64,000 bases of DNA from contig CAXBMO010000023.1 of the NCBI GenBank assembly GCA_963977015.1, forward strand, positions 1 to 64,000, written 5' to 3'. The notes under the pieces were generated by a model. The model did not search any database. It was not told the origin of the DNA and saw only the letters and a program-made list of their open reading frames with translations. The DNA comes from an uncultured bacterium (lineage in GTDB: Bacteria; Verrucomicrobiota; Verrucomicrobiia; Verrucomicrobiales; DEV007). How positions within the stretch are numbered: position 1 is the first letter of the stretch; every line of letters begins with the position of its first letter. Positions 8,239 to 18,384 of this stretch are shown here, in pieces. Made by a program: the position numbers and the translations under genes.

Positions 8239-11142
8239 TTATTGATCATGATTACTCTCCTTCGGCACATACTCCGCCCTCCATTTCAGAAAAAGCTGCA
8301 TCCCCTTATCAAGATTGGGGTGATCGATATTCTTGAGGCGCGTAAGCATGTCCTTCAAAATCAGCAACGCCTTCAGATCCTCACCCTTCTCCTTCATGAT
8401 CAAGGCTGAACGCAAATAGGCTTTGGTCGACCAATCGGCATGGCCGGGAAAGGCATTGTAAGTGTTGATGTAAACCACCAAAGCTTCGCTGGTTTGTCCT
8501 TGTTGGTCGAGGCAGAGGGCGTAGCTGAAATTTGCTTCCGCTGAGTATCGATTCCACTGGCGATTATCCATGTAGGTCTCCCATCGGGCCTGGGCCGCCG
8601 GCCAATTCTTGTCCTGGGTCAGCAATCGCGCAATCCCGATGCTGGCCTCTTCCGCCAGGTCCGCGTTGTCGAACTCGTTGAGAACCCGGTCGAAATACAT
8701 CATGGCCCGCTCTCGCGCTTCCGGAGCTGAGGATTTCGCGTCAATACGCGCGCGATCGAGAAGCGCAAAGTCGTAGTCTTCGGTTCCGGGCCGGTTTTTC
8801 AGGATGTAGTCATAATAGGTTGCGGCTCGCTCGGGATCGTTGCGCTCTTCGGTCAACCAACGCGCCAAGCGCACGATCACATAATTGGACTGCTCTTCGG
8901 GATTGAAGCGCGAATCCAGGGCGAAGAACTGCACATTAATATCGCTTTGTTGATCCCCCTTTTGTTCTTCGAGTTGCTGGATCTTTCCAATCCGCGTCCA
9001 AGCCTGCAAGGTCGGCCCGGCATCGGGAGATCCGCTAAGGTCATCCATGCGCTGGAGAAGTTCGTCCGGTAGATGTTCTTTGAGGAAGTCCAGATAGGTG
9101 CCAAAAAGCTCGGCCACCCCGGAAGTCGGATCGCTGCCCTTTTCAAAGAGTAGTTTCTGCTGGCGCGCCAAAGCCTCATCGGTCCGCCCCAGCGCCACCA
9201 GGGTGGGCAACGCGCCGATCAGCGCATCCGCGCGGTAAGCCGTGTCGGGATGATCCCGGTCCAACTCGTCAAAAAAACTGCCGGATTCTTCCCAGGCTTC
9301 CAACGAGGCCGCGTTCATGAGCAACTGCCACAGCGAATAGGCGGCGACTTCTGCCTGACCGGGAAACTGGGACGCGGTTTCCTTCCCCTTGAGGTAGGAC
9401 GGGCGAATCACCTCTTCATAGGACGCTTCTTCGATGGAGGCGATATCGCCCCACAGATTCCAGCCCCGGGGAACTTCTTCTGCTGTGGGAAACTTCTCCA
9501 ACAACCGTACCACCAACGGCTTGGCCGCCTCGTTGTCATCCAACATGAATTTGCAAAGGCCGTTTTGATACAGGACGCTCGGCGTGACTGCCGATCCGGG
9601 AAAATCCGCGAGAAACGAATCGAAAATGTCCGAGCCTTCCTGCCATTTGAACATCTGCATCTTGGACGATCCCAAGAAATACCGCGCCAGTTCCTCTCGT
9701 TTGGCGGGAGAGTAGTTCTTCAGATACGCTTCCAGCTCCTGCTCCGCCTCTTCCGGACGTCCCAGTTGAAAGGCGCAGGCGCCGACGATGAAATCCGGAA
9801 TGTCGCGCATCTCCGAACCCACTTCCATGTCCACCCGGACCTCCGTTGCAATATCGTAAGCTTCCTGGTAATCGCCATTGATGAAGACGATCTCCACCAG
9901 GTAACGGACGACGGCCGGTTTCAGCTGATGTTTGGGAAACTCCGCCAGAAATGACTTCCCATGGTTGTAGGCGGCTCCCCAATCATCCGTTTGCACGGCG
10001 GAAACGACCGCGTTGTGCAAAAATTCCGGACGTCGGGAGTGGTCCGGCACAACATCCGAGAGGAGCGCAAAGGCGGCATAGCTGGCGGAAAAGTTTTTCA
10101 ACTGAAAATGGCAGGTTCCGCTTGTCGCGATCATCTCCCACAGCTCTTCGCGCATCTTCGCTTGCTGATCACGCAGTTCACCAATCAGCTCATCCGCCAT
10201 TTGCGCGACTTCGGGGCGTTTGTCAGCCTGCTTGCGTTGTTCATACAACTGGATCTGATGATCGTGCTCCGCGATTTGCCTGCCGGGGTGCGCGACGAGC
10301 CGGTACCAAGCCAAGGCGAGAAGCGGATCGCCATTCTGAAGTGCCAACCCGCCGAGGTAGTGAAACTTGTGATTGCGATTGACGCGATCCTCCAAGGTAT
10401 CGCTGTTGGGGATGTGGCGATATTGGTCGAGAAATTTCAGCGTCTCTGCCCTGGAGACTTTGGGGCTCCAGTCATCGGCGAGAATCGCGAAAACGGTGTT
10501 CTTCAATTGGCTACTTGCCTTCTCGTGATCCAACACGCCGACAATATAATTGTAGCCTTCCTCGACATCGCCAGCCTTGATGAGGCAACGTCCCAGGTTC
10601 ACCGCGATATAGATGCGTTGGCGAATTGGCAGGCGATTGCCCTTGTCCTCTTTCAGCGCCTTGCGATACAAGTCCCGTGCCTTGGCGTAGTCCTCCACGA
10701 ACATCCGGATATTCCCCCATTGAGCGAGGGAGTGCATGCGGAATTGGTTCGGTTGCCAATTCACCGGGTTTCCATCCGGCGTGACGATGTTGTCGTTGGT
10801 GAGGTCGTAGCATTTCTCGAAGCTCTCACCAGCGGGATCCCATTGCTTGAGGCCCATCTGTGACAAGCCGCGCAAATAGTACCAATGCCCAAAAACGGGG
10901 CCAAACATCTTCCGCCCTTTGCCGTTGGGTTCCCACTTTGTCAGGATCTGGTTACAACTTGCAATCGCCTCCTCATATTTCTCCGCCTGAACCTGCTGGA
11001 TCGTTTTGATATAGGCTTCGCCAATGTCCTGCGCGGTGGATTCCGTAATCAGGAAAGCGTGAACGGTGATCAAAAGACTCACCAGACCCAGCACGGTTGC
11101 CCGCATTCCTTTGCCTCGACTGCTGGGGTTCAGGGATTGCAC
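8239..11142 (-). CDS. Large exported tetratricopeptide-repeat protein
   Basis: 967 aa of TPR-type repeats (YYLRGLSQMGLKQW, F-L-x-x-F-P turns, YQNGLCKFML); signal peptide follows the alternative ATG 11106. Confidence 0.85.
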   Translation of the reverse strand: MQSLNPSSRGKGMRATVLGLVSLLITVHAFLITESTAQDIGEAYIKTIQQVQAEKYEEAIASCNQILTKWEPNGKGRKMFGPVFGHWYYLRGLSQMGLKQWDPAGESFEKCYDLTNDNIVTPDGNPVNWQPNQFRMHSLAQWGNIRMFVEDYAKARDLYRKALKEDKGNRLPIRQRIYIAVNLGRCLIKAGDVEEGYNYIVGVLDHEKASSQLKNTVFAILADDWSPKVSRAETLKFLDQYRHIPNSDTLEDRVNRNHKFHYLGGLALQNGDPLLALAWYRLVAHPGRQIAEHDHQIQLYEQRKQADKRPEVAQMADELIGELRDQQAKMREELWEMIATSGTCHFQLKNFSASYAAFALLSDVVPDHSRRPEFLHNAVVSAVQTDDWGAAYNHGKSFLAEFPKHQLKPAVVRYLVEIVFINGDYQEAYDIATEVRVDMEVGSEMRDIPDFIVGACAFQLGRPEEAEQELEAYLKNYSPAKREELARYFLGSSKMQMFKWQEGSDIFDSFLADFPGSAVTPSVLYQNGLCKFMLDDNEAAKPLVVRLLEKFPTAEEVPRGWNLWGDIASIEEASYEEVIRPSYLKGKETASQFPGQAEVAAYSLWQLLMNAASLEAWEESGSFFDELDRDHPDTAYRADALIGALPTLVALGRTDEALARQQKLLFEKGSDPTSGVAELFGTYLDFLKEHLPDELLQRMDDLSGSPDAGPTLQAWTRIGKIQQLEEQKGDQQSDINVQFFALDSRFNPEEQSNYVIVRLARWLTEERNDPERAATYYDYILKNRPGTEDYDFALLDRARIDAKSSAPEARERAMMYFDRVLNEFDNADLAEEASIGIARLLTQDKNWPAAQARWETYMDNRQWNRYSAEANFSYALCLDQQGQTSEALVVYINTYNAFPGHADWSTKAYLRSALIMKEKGEDLKALLILKDMLTRLKNIDHPNLDKGMQLFLKWRAEYVPKESNHDQ

Positions 11143-11144
11143 GG

Positions 11145-11585
11145 CTAGTTCGCCAAACTGATATTTTTGATCTTCGCCTTCGCACAGGCGTTCAGCACAT
11201 CGATAAATCGTTGCCCTTTCGCCTCATCCTGACAGTCGATGATGATTTGCGGTTCGGCCTGCGCCAAGGCGGTAGCCTGGGCATAGCGTTCCAGGCGATC
11301 GGTCAAAACCGGTAAATCGCGATCGTTTGGATCGCTGTCCGCCGATTCACCGTTGATCAGAATCGCGCCGCTCGGATCAATCTCGATCAGCGTCTGCTTG
11401 ATTTTCACCTTCCGCGAATCCTCGGCCGCAACCCCGGGCAACGTCAGGCTCAAATCCGCCTCCATCTTCTGCAGGGTGGTGGAGACAATGAAATAGATGA
11501 GAAGCAGGAATCCCACATCGATCATCGGCGAGATATCCGCTTCCGGATTGTCTTCTTCCTCAAATGGGTCGCTCTTGTTGGGCAT
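11145..11585 (-). CDS. exbD: ExbD/TolR family protein
   Basis: DISPMIDVGFLLLIYFIVST TM with the conserved Asp; C-terminal periplasmic domain. Confidence 0.9.
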   Translation of the reverse strand: MPNKSDPFEEEDNPEADISPMIDVGFLLLIYFIVSTTLQKMEADLSLTLPGVAAEDSRKVKIKQTLIEIDPSGAILINGESADSDPNDRDLPVLTDRLERYAQATALAQAEPQIIIDCQDEAKGQRFIDVLNACAKAKIKNISLAN

Positions 11586-11605
11586 CGGTGAGTGGGGCTT
11601 TTGAG

Positions 11606-12031
11606 TTAATCCACCACATAGGTGGAAAAGATAACGGTGGGCACACCAGCTTCCGCGGAAGCCTGGCTCGTCGCCTTGATGTGTTTGTAGGGTACCCGGG
11701 CGTCCGCGCGCAGATGAAGGCGTGTCCGCGGATTTCTCGCCTTGGCATCGGCCATGCGTTGTTTGAAGGTCTCCAGCGAGATGATCTGGCTGCCTTCATT
11801 GGAGATGCGACCGTCCTGGAGCACATTCATGATCACGCGACCCTCGATCAGCTCGGGAACTTTCGCATCGCTGGCGATCGGCACGACCACGCGCTTGTCC
11901 TTCTGATAGGTGATCATGTTTGCTGTCACCATGAAGAAGATCAGGAGGAGGAAAACGAGGTCGATCATTGGCGACAGATCCATTTTCAGATCTGAACCGC
12001 CAAAAAGAGCTTCGCTATTGTCGTTGGCCAT
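11606..12031 (-). CDS. exbD: ExbD/TolR family protein
   Basis: DLSPMIDLVFLLLIFFMVT and LRADARVPY motifs; start set at ATG 12031, just after the exbB stop. Confidence 0.9.
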   Translation of the reverse strand: MANDNSEALFGGSDLKMDLSPMIDLVFLLLIFFMVTANMITYQKDKRVVVPIASDAKVPELIEGRVIMNVLQDGRISNEGSQIISLETFKQRMADAKARNPRTRLHLRADARVPYKHIKATSQASAEAGVPTVIFSTYVVD

Positions 12032-12044
12032 ATTTCCGCCCCGG

Positions 12045-12863
12045 CTACTGGGCTTGTTCCTGGTGATAGGCGGCAAGGGCCCGGCGCAGATGAGCCATCA
12101 GTTCATCGGCGGATTCGTCGGTGAGAGCCACCATTGACTGGAGCCGGTCGCGCATGATGAAGTAGCAAAAGATCGCCGGCAAGGCGACCAACAAACCGCC
12201 TGCGGTGGTCACCAGGGCCATGGAGATATCGCCCGCGAAGGCCGAAGGATCGCCTCCGCCACTGCTGGAGAGGGTTTGAAACGCCAGAATCATTCCCGCA
12301 ACCGTTCCCAGCAACCCGAGCATGGGGCCGGCCTGCGCGATCACCGAGAAATAGTTGATCATCCGGGCCCGGCCGCGATTGAACTTCCTCGATGCGGCTC
12401 CCATGAGATCCGCCAAGTCCTGTTTTTCGGTTTCCACCGCGTGAAATCCTCGTTCTCCCAGGTGATTAAACGCTGCGCTCATTACTGAAGACAGACAATT
12501 GGCGCCCGGTTGTAGTTTGGCGACAGCCGACTCCAGATCGGCATTCTCCATGTCCTGCCTTAGCGCATTGACGAGGTGATCCGGGGCGAAATTCTTCTTC
12601 TGAATATCGATCATCCCAAAAAAGAACATCCCAATGACGGCGGCGGACATTGCCCCGAGGACAATCATCATGGGTCCTCCTGCAACAACCATGTCCCAAA
12701 GGCTGGCTTTGCCTCTGGTGGCAGTGCCCGGAGTTTCGGCCGCTGCGGGAGCGGGGGAGGTTACGTCCTCCAAGCCTGGAATGTCCAAATCTTGAGCCTG
12801 GGACACGGTGAGAGTGAAAGTGCAGCAGAGCACCAGGAGGCTCGCGGTGATTTTAGGAAGCAT
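12045..12863 (-). CDS. exbB: MotA/TolQ/ExbB proton channel protein
   Basis: IAQAGPMLGLLGTVAGMI and ISMALVTTAGGLLVALPA motifs. Start set at ATG 12863, which gives a signal-like N-terminus; the longer ORF start at 12947 lies inside the promoter motif. Confidence 0.92.
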   Translation of the reverse strand: MLPKITASLLVLCCTFTLTVSQAQDLDIPGLEDVTSPAPAAAETPGTATRGKASLWDMVVAGGPMMIVLGAMSAAVIGMFFFGMIDIQKKNFAPDHLVNALRQDMENADLESAVAKLQPGANCLSSVMSAAFNHLGERGFHAVETEKQDLADLMGAASRKFNRGRARMINYFSVIAQAGPMLGLLGTVAGMILAFQTLSSSGGGDPSAFAGDISMALVTTAGGLLVALPAIFCYFIMRDRLQSMVALTDESADELMAHLRRALAAYHQEQAQ

Positions 12864-12909
12864 CGTCGGAAAATTGGGAGTTGGGGGCTTGTTGATGAAG
12901 AACGAAAGA

Positions 12910-12969
12910 TGCTGACAGATTAGCAATTCAAAGGCAATGAAATCCATACCTCAGATCCACATGCACATT
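12910..12969 (-). promoter_or_regulatory. Shared promoter/operator module (copy driving the exbB operon)
   Basis: Minus strand reads AATGTGCATGTGGATCTGAGGTATGGATTTC. TGGATT-N18-TAATCT with an extended TGn; predicted +1 A at 12910. Confidence 0.75.
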
Positions 12970-13269
12970 TTGTGAAGGCCGATGTCTCCGGGAACAAGAT
13001 GATCTTCACGGATCATGGGTTTAAAACGAAGGGAATGGCAGTGTCCATTCCCGAAAACCATCTGAACATTTTGTCCAATCAGTCGCCGTCTGTGCGAAAG
13101 TCAGGCCAACGTCGTTCGTGACCGTGGTCCTCGCAGCTTTCAACCTGGATGCCGAGAACGGCGGGAATGTGAGCTGGAAGTCTTTGCGGAGATGACTTCG
13201 CGTTGAGTTTCTGCACATTCTATGCGAACTCGCGATGATCTCTGCGAGATATAGTTCAGACAAGACACC

Positions 13270-14685
13270 ATGTATCCAAACGCCCCCCCTTCCCAATTCG
13301 TTCCCGTACTTATCTTCACTTCGATTTGTCTGCTGATGAGCGCCGACGCAGCGGAACGGCCCAATGTGATCCTTGCCATGGCCGACGATATGGGTTGGAT
13401 GGATCTTTCCTGTTACGGAAACGACCGCGTCGCCACCCCCAACATCGACCGGCTTGCGAAGGAGGGGATCAAGCTAACCCAATACTATTCAGCATCTGCG
13501 GTTTGCTCGCCGACCCGGGTTTCGGTGTTGACCGGAAAGTACCCGCTTCGCTTCAACGTCACCGGGCACTTCAATGATCGCGGACAATTCCTTCCCAAAT
13601 GCAACACGTTGCCGGCCCTATTGAAGACCGCTGGATACCAAACCGCTCACGTCGGAAAATGGCATCTCGGAGGATTGCGCGTGGCCGACGCGGAACGCCG
13701 AGACCAGATTCCGGGACCGCGGGAACATGGCTTCGATCATTTCCTGACACAGCAGGAACAGCAACCTTTGCGCGGGACGATGGGGCGCGAACGCACGCTG
13801 TTTCGGCAGGGAGGAACCTGCTTGTTTCGCAACGACGAGGTGGTGGGCGAAGATGATCCCTATTACCCCATGTACCTGACGGACATCTACGGTGACGAAA
13901 GTGTTCGTCTGATCGAGGAGTTTCACCAAAGCGATAAGCCGTTCTTCCTGAACCTCTGGTGGTTGACGCCGCACAAGCCTTACGAACCGGCCCCCGAGCC
14001 GCATTGGAGCGAAACCGCAGCGCCCGGCATCTCAGAAGATCAGCATTGTTTCCGGTCGATGATGGCGCGGATGGATTACAATTTCGGCAAAGTCCTCGAT
14101 TCATTGGACCGGTTGGGAATCGCCGACAACACCGTCGTGATTTTTGCCAGCGACAATGGCGGTGCCTGGGAAGCCAATCTTGGCGACCTGAAAGGCGGCA
14201 AGACCGACCTGCACGAGGGCGGAATCCGGGTCGCGGGTTTGGCTCGATGGCCAGGGCGGATTCAGGCGGGAAGCGAGTCCGCCGCGTTATGTCATTCAAA
14301 CGACTGGCTGCCGACCATCTGCTCGGCGGCGGGCGTTTCGCTTCCGGAAGATGATGGCTTTGACGGGATGGATCTGCTGCCGCTCCTGACCGGCAAGGTG
14401 GATTCGCTCGAGCGTGGAAACCTGTTCTGGCAGATTCGCCTGTACAAGAGCCTGCAGCGCCATGATCCGAAACCGAAGCCCTATGCGACGGAGATTGCGC
14501 GGAAAGGGAAGTGGAAGATGCTGGCGAAGGACGGCGAGCCGGTCGAACTCTTCAATATCGAGTCAGACCTCTACGAGAAGCACAATCTTCTGAAGGAAAA
14601 TCCCGAGATCGCGGAGGAGTTGAAGAAGGAACTGCAGGCTTGGCTTGCCGCGCCGAGACGCCAGTTTGGGAACATTCCGAACTGA
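13270..14685 (+). CDS. Sulfatase (S1 family, Cys-type), secreted
   Basis: PNVILAMADDMG, CSPTRVSVLTG, GKWHLG, SDNGG and HEGGIRV motifs. Confidence 0.95.
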   Translation: MYPNAPPSQFVPVLIFTSICLLMSADAAERPNVILAMADDMGWMDLSCYGNDRVATPNIDRLAKEGIKLTQYYSASAVCSPTRVSVLTGKYPLRFNVTGHFNDRGQFLPKCNTLPALLKTAGYQTAHVGKWHLGGLRVADAERRDQIPGPREHGFDHFLTQQEQQPLRGTMGRERTLFRQGGTCLFRNDEVVGEDDPYYPMYLTDIYGDESVRLIEEFHQSDKPFFLNLWWLTPHKPYEPAPEPHWSETAAPGISEDQHCFRSMMARMDYNFGKVLDSLDRLGIADNTVVIFASDNGGAWEANLGDLKGGKTDLHEGGIRVAGLARWPGRIQAGSESAALCHSNDWLPTICSAAGVSLPEDDGFDGMDLLPLLTGKVDSLERGNLFWQIRLYKSLQRHDPKPKPYATEIARKGKWKMLAKDGEPVELFNIESDLYEKHNLLKENPEIAEELKKELQAWLAAPRRQFGNIPN

Positions 14686-14766
14686 AAAAGGAGCGCGACA
14701 CAAGGCAATTCCTGTTTCAAACGCTCCCTGGTGAACAGTGAGGCATTTCGCAACAAGCGACCATCG

Positions 14767-16029
14767 TTAGGTTGCTCCGACGGATTCACTCAATCTCCGG
14801 ATTTCGCGGAGGTCTTCCGGGAGCTGCAGGACAAGCTCCGCCCTTGCCAACGCCAGACTCGATTGTGTTTTTGCCGCGTCTCTCATCTCCGAGTCGCCGG
14901 CGTTGGCCAATGCGTGGAAGGCTTTCTGCAGCCGGATTCCCACTTCGACGGTGCCGGCTCCATCCCGGCCCATTGCCAGGAAGGCGTCCTCAAACATATC
15001 GTGTATGCTCAGCTCGGGAATCTCGACGCGGTCGTATTTGCAGGGCGCTTTTTGATCGTCGTCCACGGGTTGGTTCCAAAAGATGAAAATGCGCACGAAG
15101 GTCCCGATTATATCGATCGCCGTTCCCGGATCGTTGACCGCGGGCGACAATGCGCGGCTGGCAATCTCCGAAAGTGCGACGAGACCGAAGCGAGGATCCT
15201 CGTCAAAAGTTCGATCGTCGCCGACCTTGAAAGCCGAGATCATTCGCTCCGTATCGACATCCGCAGGATCAGGGGCTTTGCCGATGATATAGGCGAGCGG
15301 TTGGTCGGGGGTGGAAAACGCCCCCGGGAGCGAGGCAACCCTGATGCGGACATCTCCAACTTCGGCGCATTCCTGGAGCTTCGCGACATCGACCTGTCGC
15401 ACATAGCCGACCGTCGATCCATAAATGGGCTCACCTTCGTCAGACTGCGGCTTGGCGGGAACACCGCCCAGCGTGGGGGCGAGGCGTCTTTCCTCGCACG
15501 CCTTCAGGGTTGCGGATTCCACTTTATCGATGGTGTTGCCGAGAAGCCCCAGGCGGGCAATGCAGTCGACCCATCGTACGAAGGTTAGGATTACGGCTGC
15601 GAAGACCAACAGGGTCAGGCAAAAGAGGACAAAGAGACCACCGGTTTGGTAATAGCCGTTCAGGAGGGCAATCAGCGCGACAATACTATAGATGAACGCT
15701 CCGATAAAACTGGAGAGAGCGTTCTGCGATACGTCGTCAGAGATGATCAGTGGAAATGAGCGCGGAGTCGCGGTTCCGCTCGCCGATGTGTAGGAGGAAA
15801 CCATGGAGCCCACCGCGAAGGTGGCAATAACCAGCATACTCGCTGAGATGACTTTCAGGAGCGTCTCGATCGTTTCCGGAGAGATGATGGGGGCAAACTG
15901 ACCCATTCTTCCGTAGTCCGCTGTTTTTACGAGAAACGCCGCGGCAATCGAGAGAATGCACATCGCCAGAGGCTTGACCCAAAGGCGTTCACGAAGTCGG
16001 CTGATAAAGAACTTGAGGCGACAGATCAT
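14767..16029 (-). CDS. DUF2254 family membrane protein
   Basis: RLWVKP, multiple TMs, ATPRS, DPRFG and EIASRALSPAVNDPGTA motifs. Confidence 0.85.
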   Translation of the reverse strand: MICRLKFFISRLRERLWVKPLAMCILSIAAAFLVKTADYGRMGQFAPIISPETIETLLKVISASMLVIATFAVGSMVSSYTSASGTATPRSFPLIISDDVSQNALSSFIGAFIYSIVALIALLNGYYQTGGLFVLFCLTLLVFAAVILTFVRWVDCIARLGLLGNTIDKVESATLKACEERRLAPTLGGVPAKPQSDEGEPIYGSTVGYVRQVDVAKLQECAEVGDVRIRVASLPGAFSTPDQPLAYIIGKAPDPADVDTERMISAFKVGDDRTFDEDPRFGLVALSEIASRALSPAVNDPGTAIDIIGTFVRIFIFWNQPVDDDQKAPCKYDRVEIPELSIHDMFEDAFLAMGRDGAGTVEVGIRLQKAFHALANAGDSEMRDAAKTQSSLALARAELVLQLPEDLREIRRLSESVGAT

Positions 16030-16235
16030 GGTGAACAGGGGGCGCCATTGAACCGTTTGTCATGACCAGGCAAAGCCGCCGCCTTGGCTGGGAATGCTAA
16101 TGCGGTGGGAATCGGGATGTCAAGCAACGGAGATTAGATGGACGGCTCCGGGTTCTCGGATCAAGAACCGCCTGCCTTACGCCCCGATGATGGAGGGTTG
16201 GCGGTATTCAGTGAGGCGAAGGGAATGCCGTCGGT

Positions 16236-16715
16236 TCAAACCACAACTCCCGTTACTTCGCCCTCAAAAACCATCTTGCCATCCACAAATCCCTGGGCCT
16301 CGAAGATTGCCATCCTCGATCTCAGGGTTTTCGTTTTGACGACCATCAATAGATCACACCCTGGTTCCACGGCTCCTCGGAATTTCACATGGTTCACTCC
16401 GCCAAACCCAAAAAACTTTTTTCCACCGGTCTCGAACTTCAGATGATAAATCAGTGAACTGATCTGAGCCGCCATTTCGATCATGAGGACGCCCGGCATG
16501 ATCGGGCGCCCGGGAATATGCCCTCTCGTCCAGAATTCATCGGGTCGCTGGGTCTTGATCCCAACCGCAAGTCCCGACTCCAGATCCAGCGAAATCAGCC
16601 TGTCGACCTGCTCAAATTCATCACGCTGCGCATTCAGCGTAAGAATTTCATCCTTCGTAACCGCCACCTCTTCGGTGTTGATGGTTACAGGGTCCACGAT
16701 TGGTTGTGATGCCAT
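16236..16715 (-). CDS. FabA/FabZ-type 3-hydroxyacyl-ACP dehydratase (hotdog fold)
   Basis: EFWTRGHIPGRPIMPGVLMIE carries the catalytic His/Glu; VKFRGAVEPG. Confidence 0.88.
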   Translation of the reverse strand: MASQPIVDPVTINTEEVAVTKDEILTLNAQRDEFEQVDRLISLDLESGLAVGIKTQRPDEFWTRGHIPGRPIMPGVLMIEMAAQISSLIYHLKFETGGKKFFGFGGVNHVKFRGAVEPGCDLLMVVKTKTLRSRMAIFEAQGFVDGKMVFEGEVTGVVV

Positions 16716-16881
16716 ACTTTGTCAGTGCAATTGTTTTGGCTCAGGTAGTGGTCACAGCGCCTGGTGTCAATCGATCTTGGTGGATCCTCCGTCCAACGAG
16801 GCGCCTTGGCCGAAAGGCGTCAGGGGTTCCCAATGGAGCCCTGATCACGGGCTCGAATCATCCCCGGTTTCCAACTCTGCA

Positions 16882-16941
16882 AATCTTCATGTGGATTTTG
16901 AGCATAGACTTCCTGTGCTGATGGACCGAACAATGGCCGAA
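16882..16941 (+). promoter_or_regulatory. Shared promoter/operator module (copy before sulfatase 3)
   Basis: AATCTTCATGTGGATTTTGAGCATAGACTTCC...CCGAACAATGGCCGA-ATG; same 59-nt offset to ATG as the copy at 3222. Confidence 0.8.
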
Positions 16942-18305
16942 TGAACCCCCGTATCTGTATCATCGCGCTGTTGGTGGCCGCCACCGCCAGCCTCTCCGCG
17001 CAGGAAGACTTCAAGCATCCCAATATCGTCGTTTTCGTTGCCGACGACATGGGGTGGGGGGACTCCGCCACCTACGGTCATCCGATGATCAAAACGCCGA
17101 ATCTCGACAAGCTGGCGTCTCAGGGCGTGAAGTTCACCCAGTTCTATTCGGCCTGTGGCGTGTGCTCGCCCTCCCGTGCGGCCATTCTAACCGGGCGAAC
17201 GCCGTATCGGAATGGGGTTTGGCGCCATCTTTCGGGAAATCATGAAGCACACCTTCGCGCGAGCGAAATCACGTATCCGAAACTGCTCAAGGGAATCGGC
17301 TACGAAACCTGTCATGTTGGAAAATGGCACCTCCTTTCCAAGCCGCAGTTCAACAACCCCGACTTTCCGCAGCCCGGCGACCACGGCTACGATTATTGGC
17401 TCTACACCCACAACAACGCGAGCCCGAGCCATGAGAATCCCGACAACTTCTTTCGAATGGGTGAGCCCGTTGGCGAGACCCAACGTTTTTCGGCTCAGTT
17501 CGTAGCTGCAGAAGCCGAGCGTTGGTTGACAGAGATGCGCGATCCGAAGAAGCCGTTCGCGCTGTCCGTTTGGGTGCACGAACCCCATTCCCCCATCGCA
17601 ACCGATTCGCAGTTTTCGGATCTCTATAATGGTCATGAGAACGCCAAATATATGGGAAACATCACCCAGTTGGATTACGCTCTTGGCCAGGTGATGGACG
17701 CCTTGGACAAAGTCGGTGCGGCGGATAATACGCTGCTGGTTTTCACCTCCGACAACGGCCCCGTCGCCAATTTTGGAGGCACCACGGGAGGGTTGCGCGG
17801 CGGCAAACGAAGCAGTTATGAGGGTGGGATCCGCGTTCCCGGCGTGGTGCGTTGGCCGGACCACATTGAGCCGGGAACGGTCAGCGATGTGCCGGTGATC
17901 GGTTCTGACATTTTCGCCACCGTGCTCGAGATTGCGGGAGTTCCGCTTCCGGATGACCGAACGATAGACGGCGTCAGCATGGTCCCGGCCTTTGCGGGCA
18001 AGCCCCTCGAGCGCGAGATCCCCATGTTCTGGCGCACCCATGTTTCCCAAGGTGATGAACGCGTCGCGATGCGAATTGGCGATTGGAAAATCGTTGGCAA
18101 CGACACTCTCACCAAATTCCAGCTCTACAAAGTTCAGACAGACTGGAAAGAGGAAAACGATCTCGCTGCGGACATGCCGGAGAAGACCGGGGAGATGAAG
18201 AAAAAGCTTTTGACGCTGTGGAGCGAGATCGAAGTGGAGGGGCCGAAAGAGTGGTGGCTCAATGAGCGGCAGAAACCCTCGCGAGGCGCGACGCTGAATT
18301 ATTAG
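16941..18305 (+). CDS. Sulfatase (S1 family, Cys-type), secreted
   Basis: PNIVVFVADDMG, CSPSRAAILTGR, GKWHL, SDNG and YEGGIRVP motifs. Confidence 0.95.
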   Translation: MNPRICIIALLVAATASLSAQEDFKHPNIVVFVADDMGWGDSATYGHPMIKTPNLDKLASQGVKFTQFYSACGVCSPSRAAILTGRTPYRNGVWRHLSGNHEAHLRASEITYPKLLKGIGYETCHVGKWHLLSKPQFNNPDFPQPGDHGYDYWLYTHNNASPSHENPDNFFRMGEPVGETQRFSAQFVAAEAERWLTEMRDPKKPFALSVWVHEPHSPIATDSQFSDLYNGHENAKYMGNITQLDYALGQVMDALDKVGAADNTLLVFTSDNGPVANFGGTTGGLRGGKRSSYEGGIRVPGVVRWPDHIEPGTVSDVPVIGSDIFATVLEIAGVPLPDDRTIDGVSMVPAFAGKPLEREIPMFWRTHVSQGDERVAMRIGDWKIVGNDTLTKFQLYKVQTDWKEENDLAADMPEKTGEMKKKLLTLWSEIEVEGPKEWWLNERQKPSRGATLNY

Positions 18306-18384
18306 ATTGGCGGTTCCTTTCTTGCGGCGTCAGGATCCTTCGGGGGTGAGTTGAAAAAGCTGCGTCTCCCGGGGGGGGCGGATG

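Noticed and set aside
12864-12947. Longer N-terminus for ExbB (and similar upstream extensions at 19286, 44331, 48769, 49613)
   Set aside because: The extensions run through promoter motifs, intergenic DNA or upstream genes; downstream ATGs give proper signal peptides, coupled starts or family-typical N-termini.
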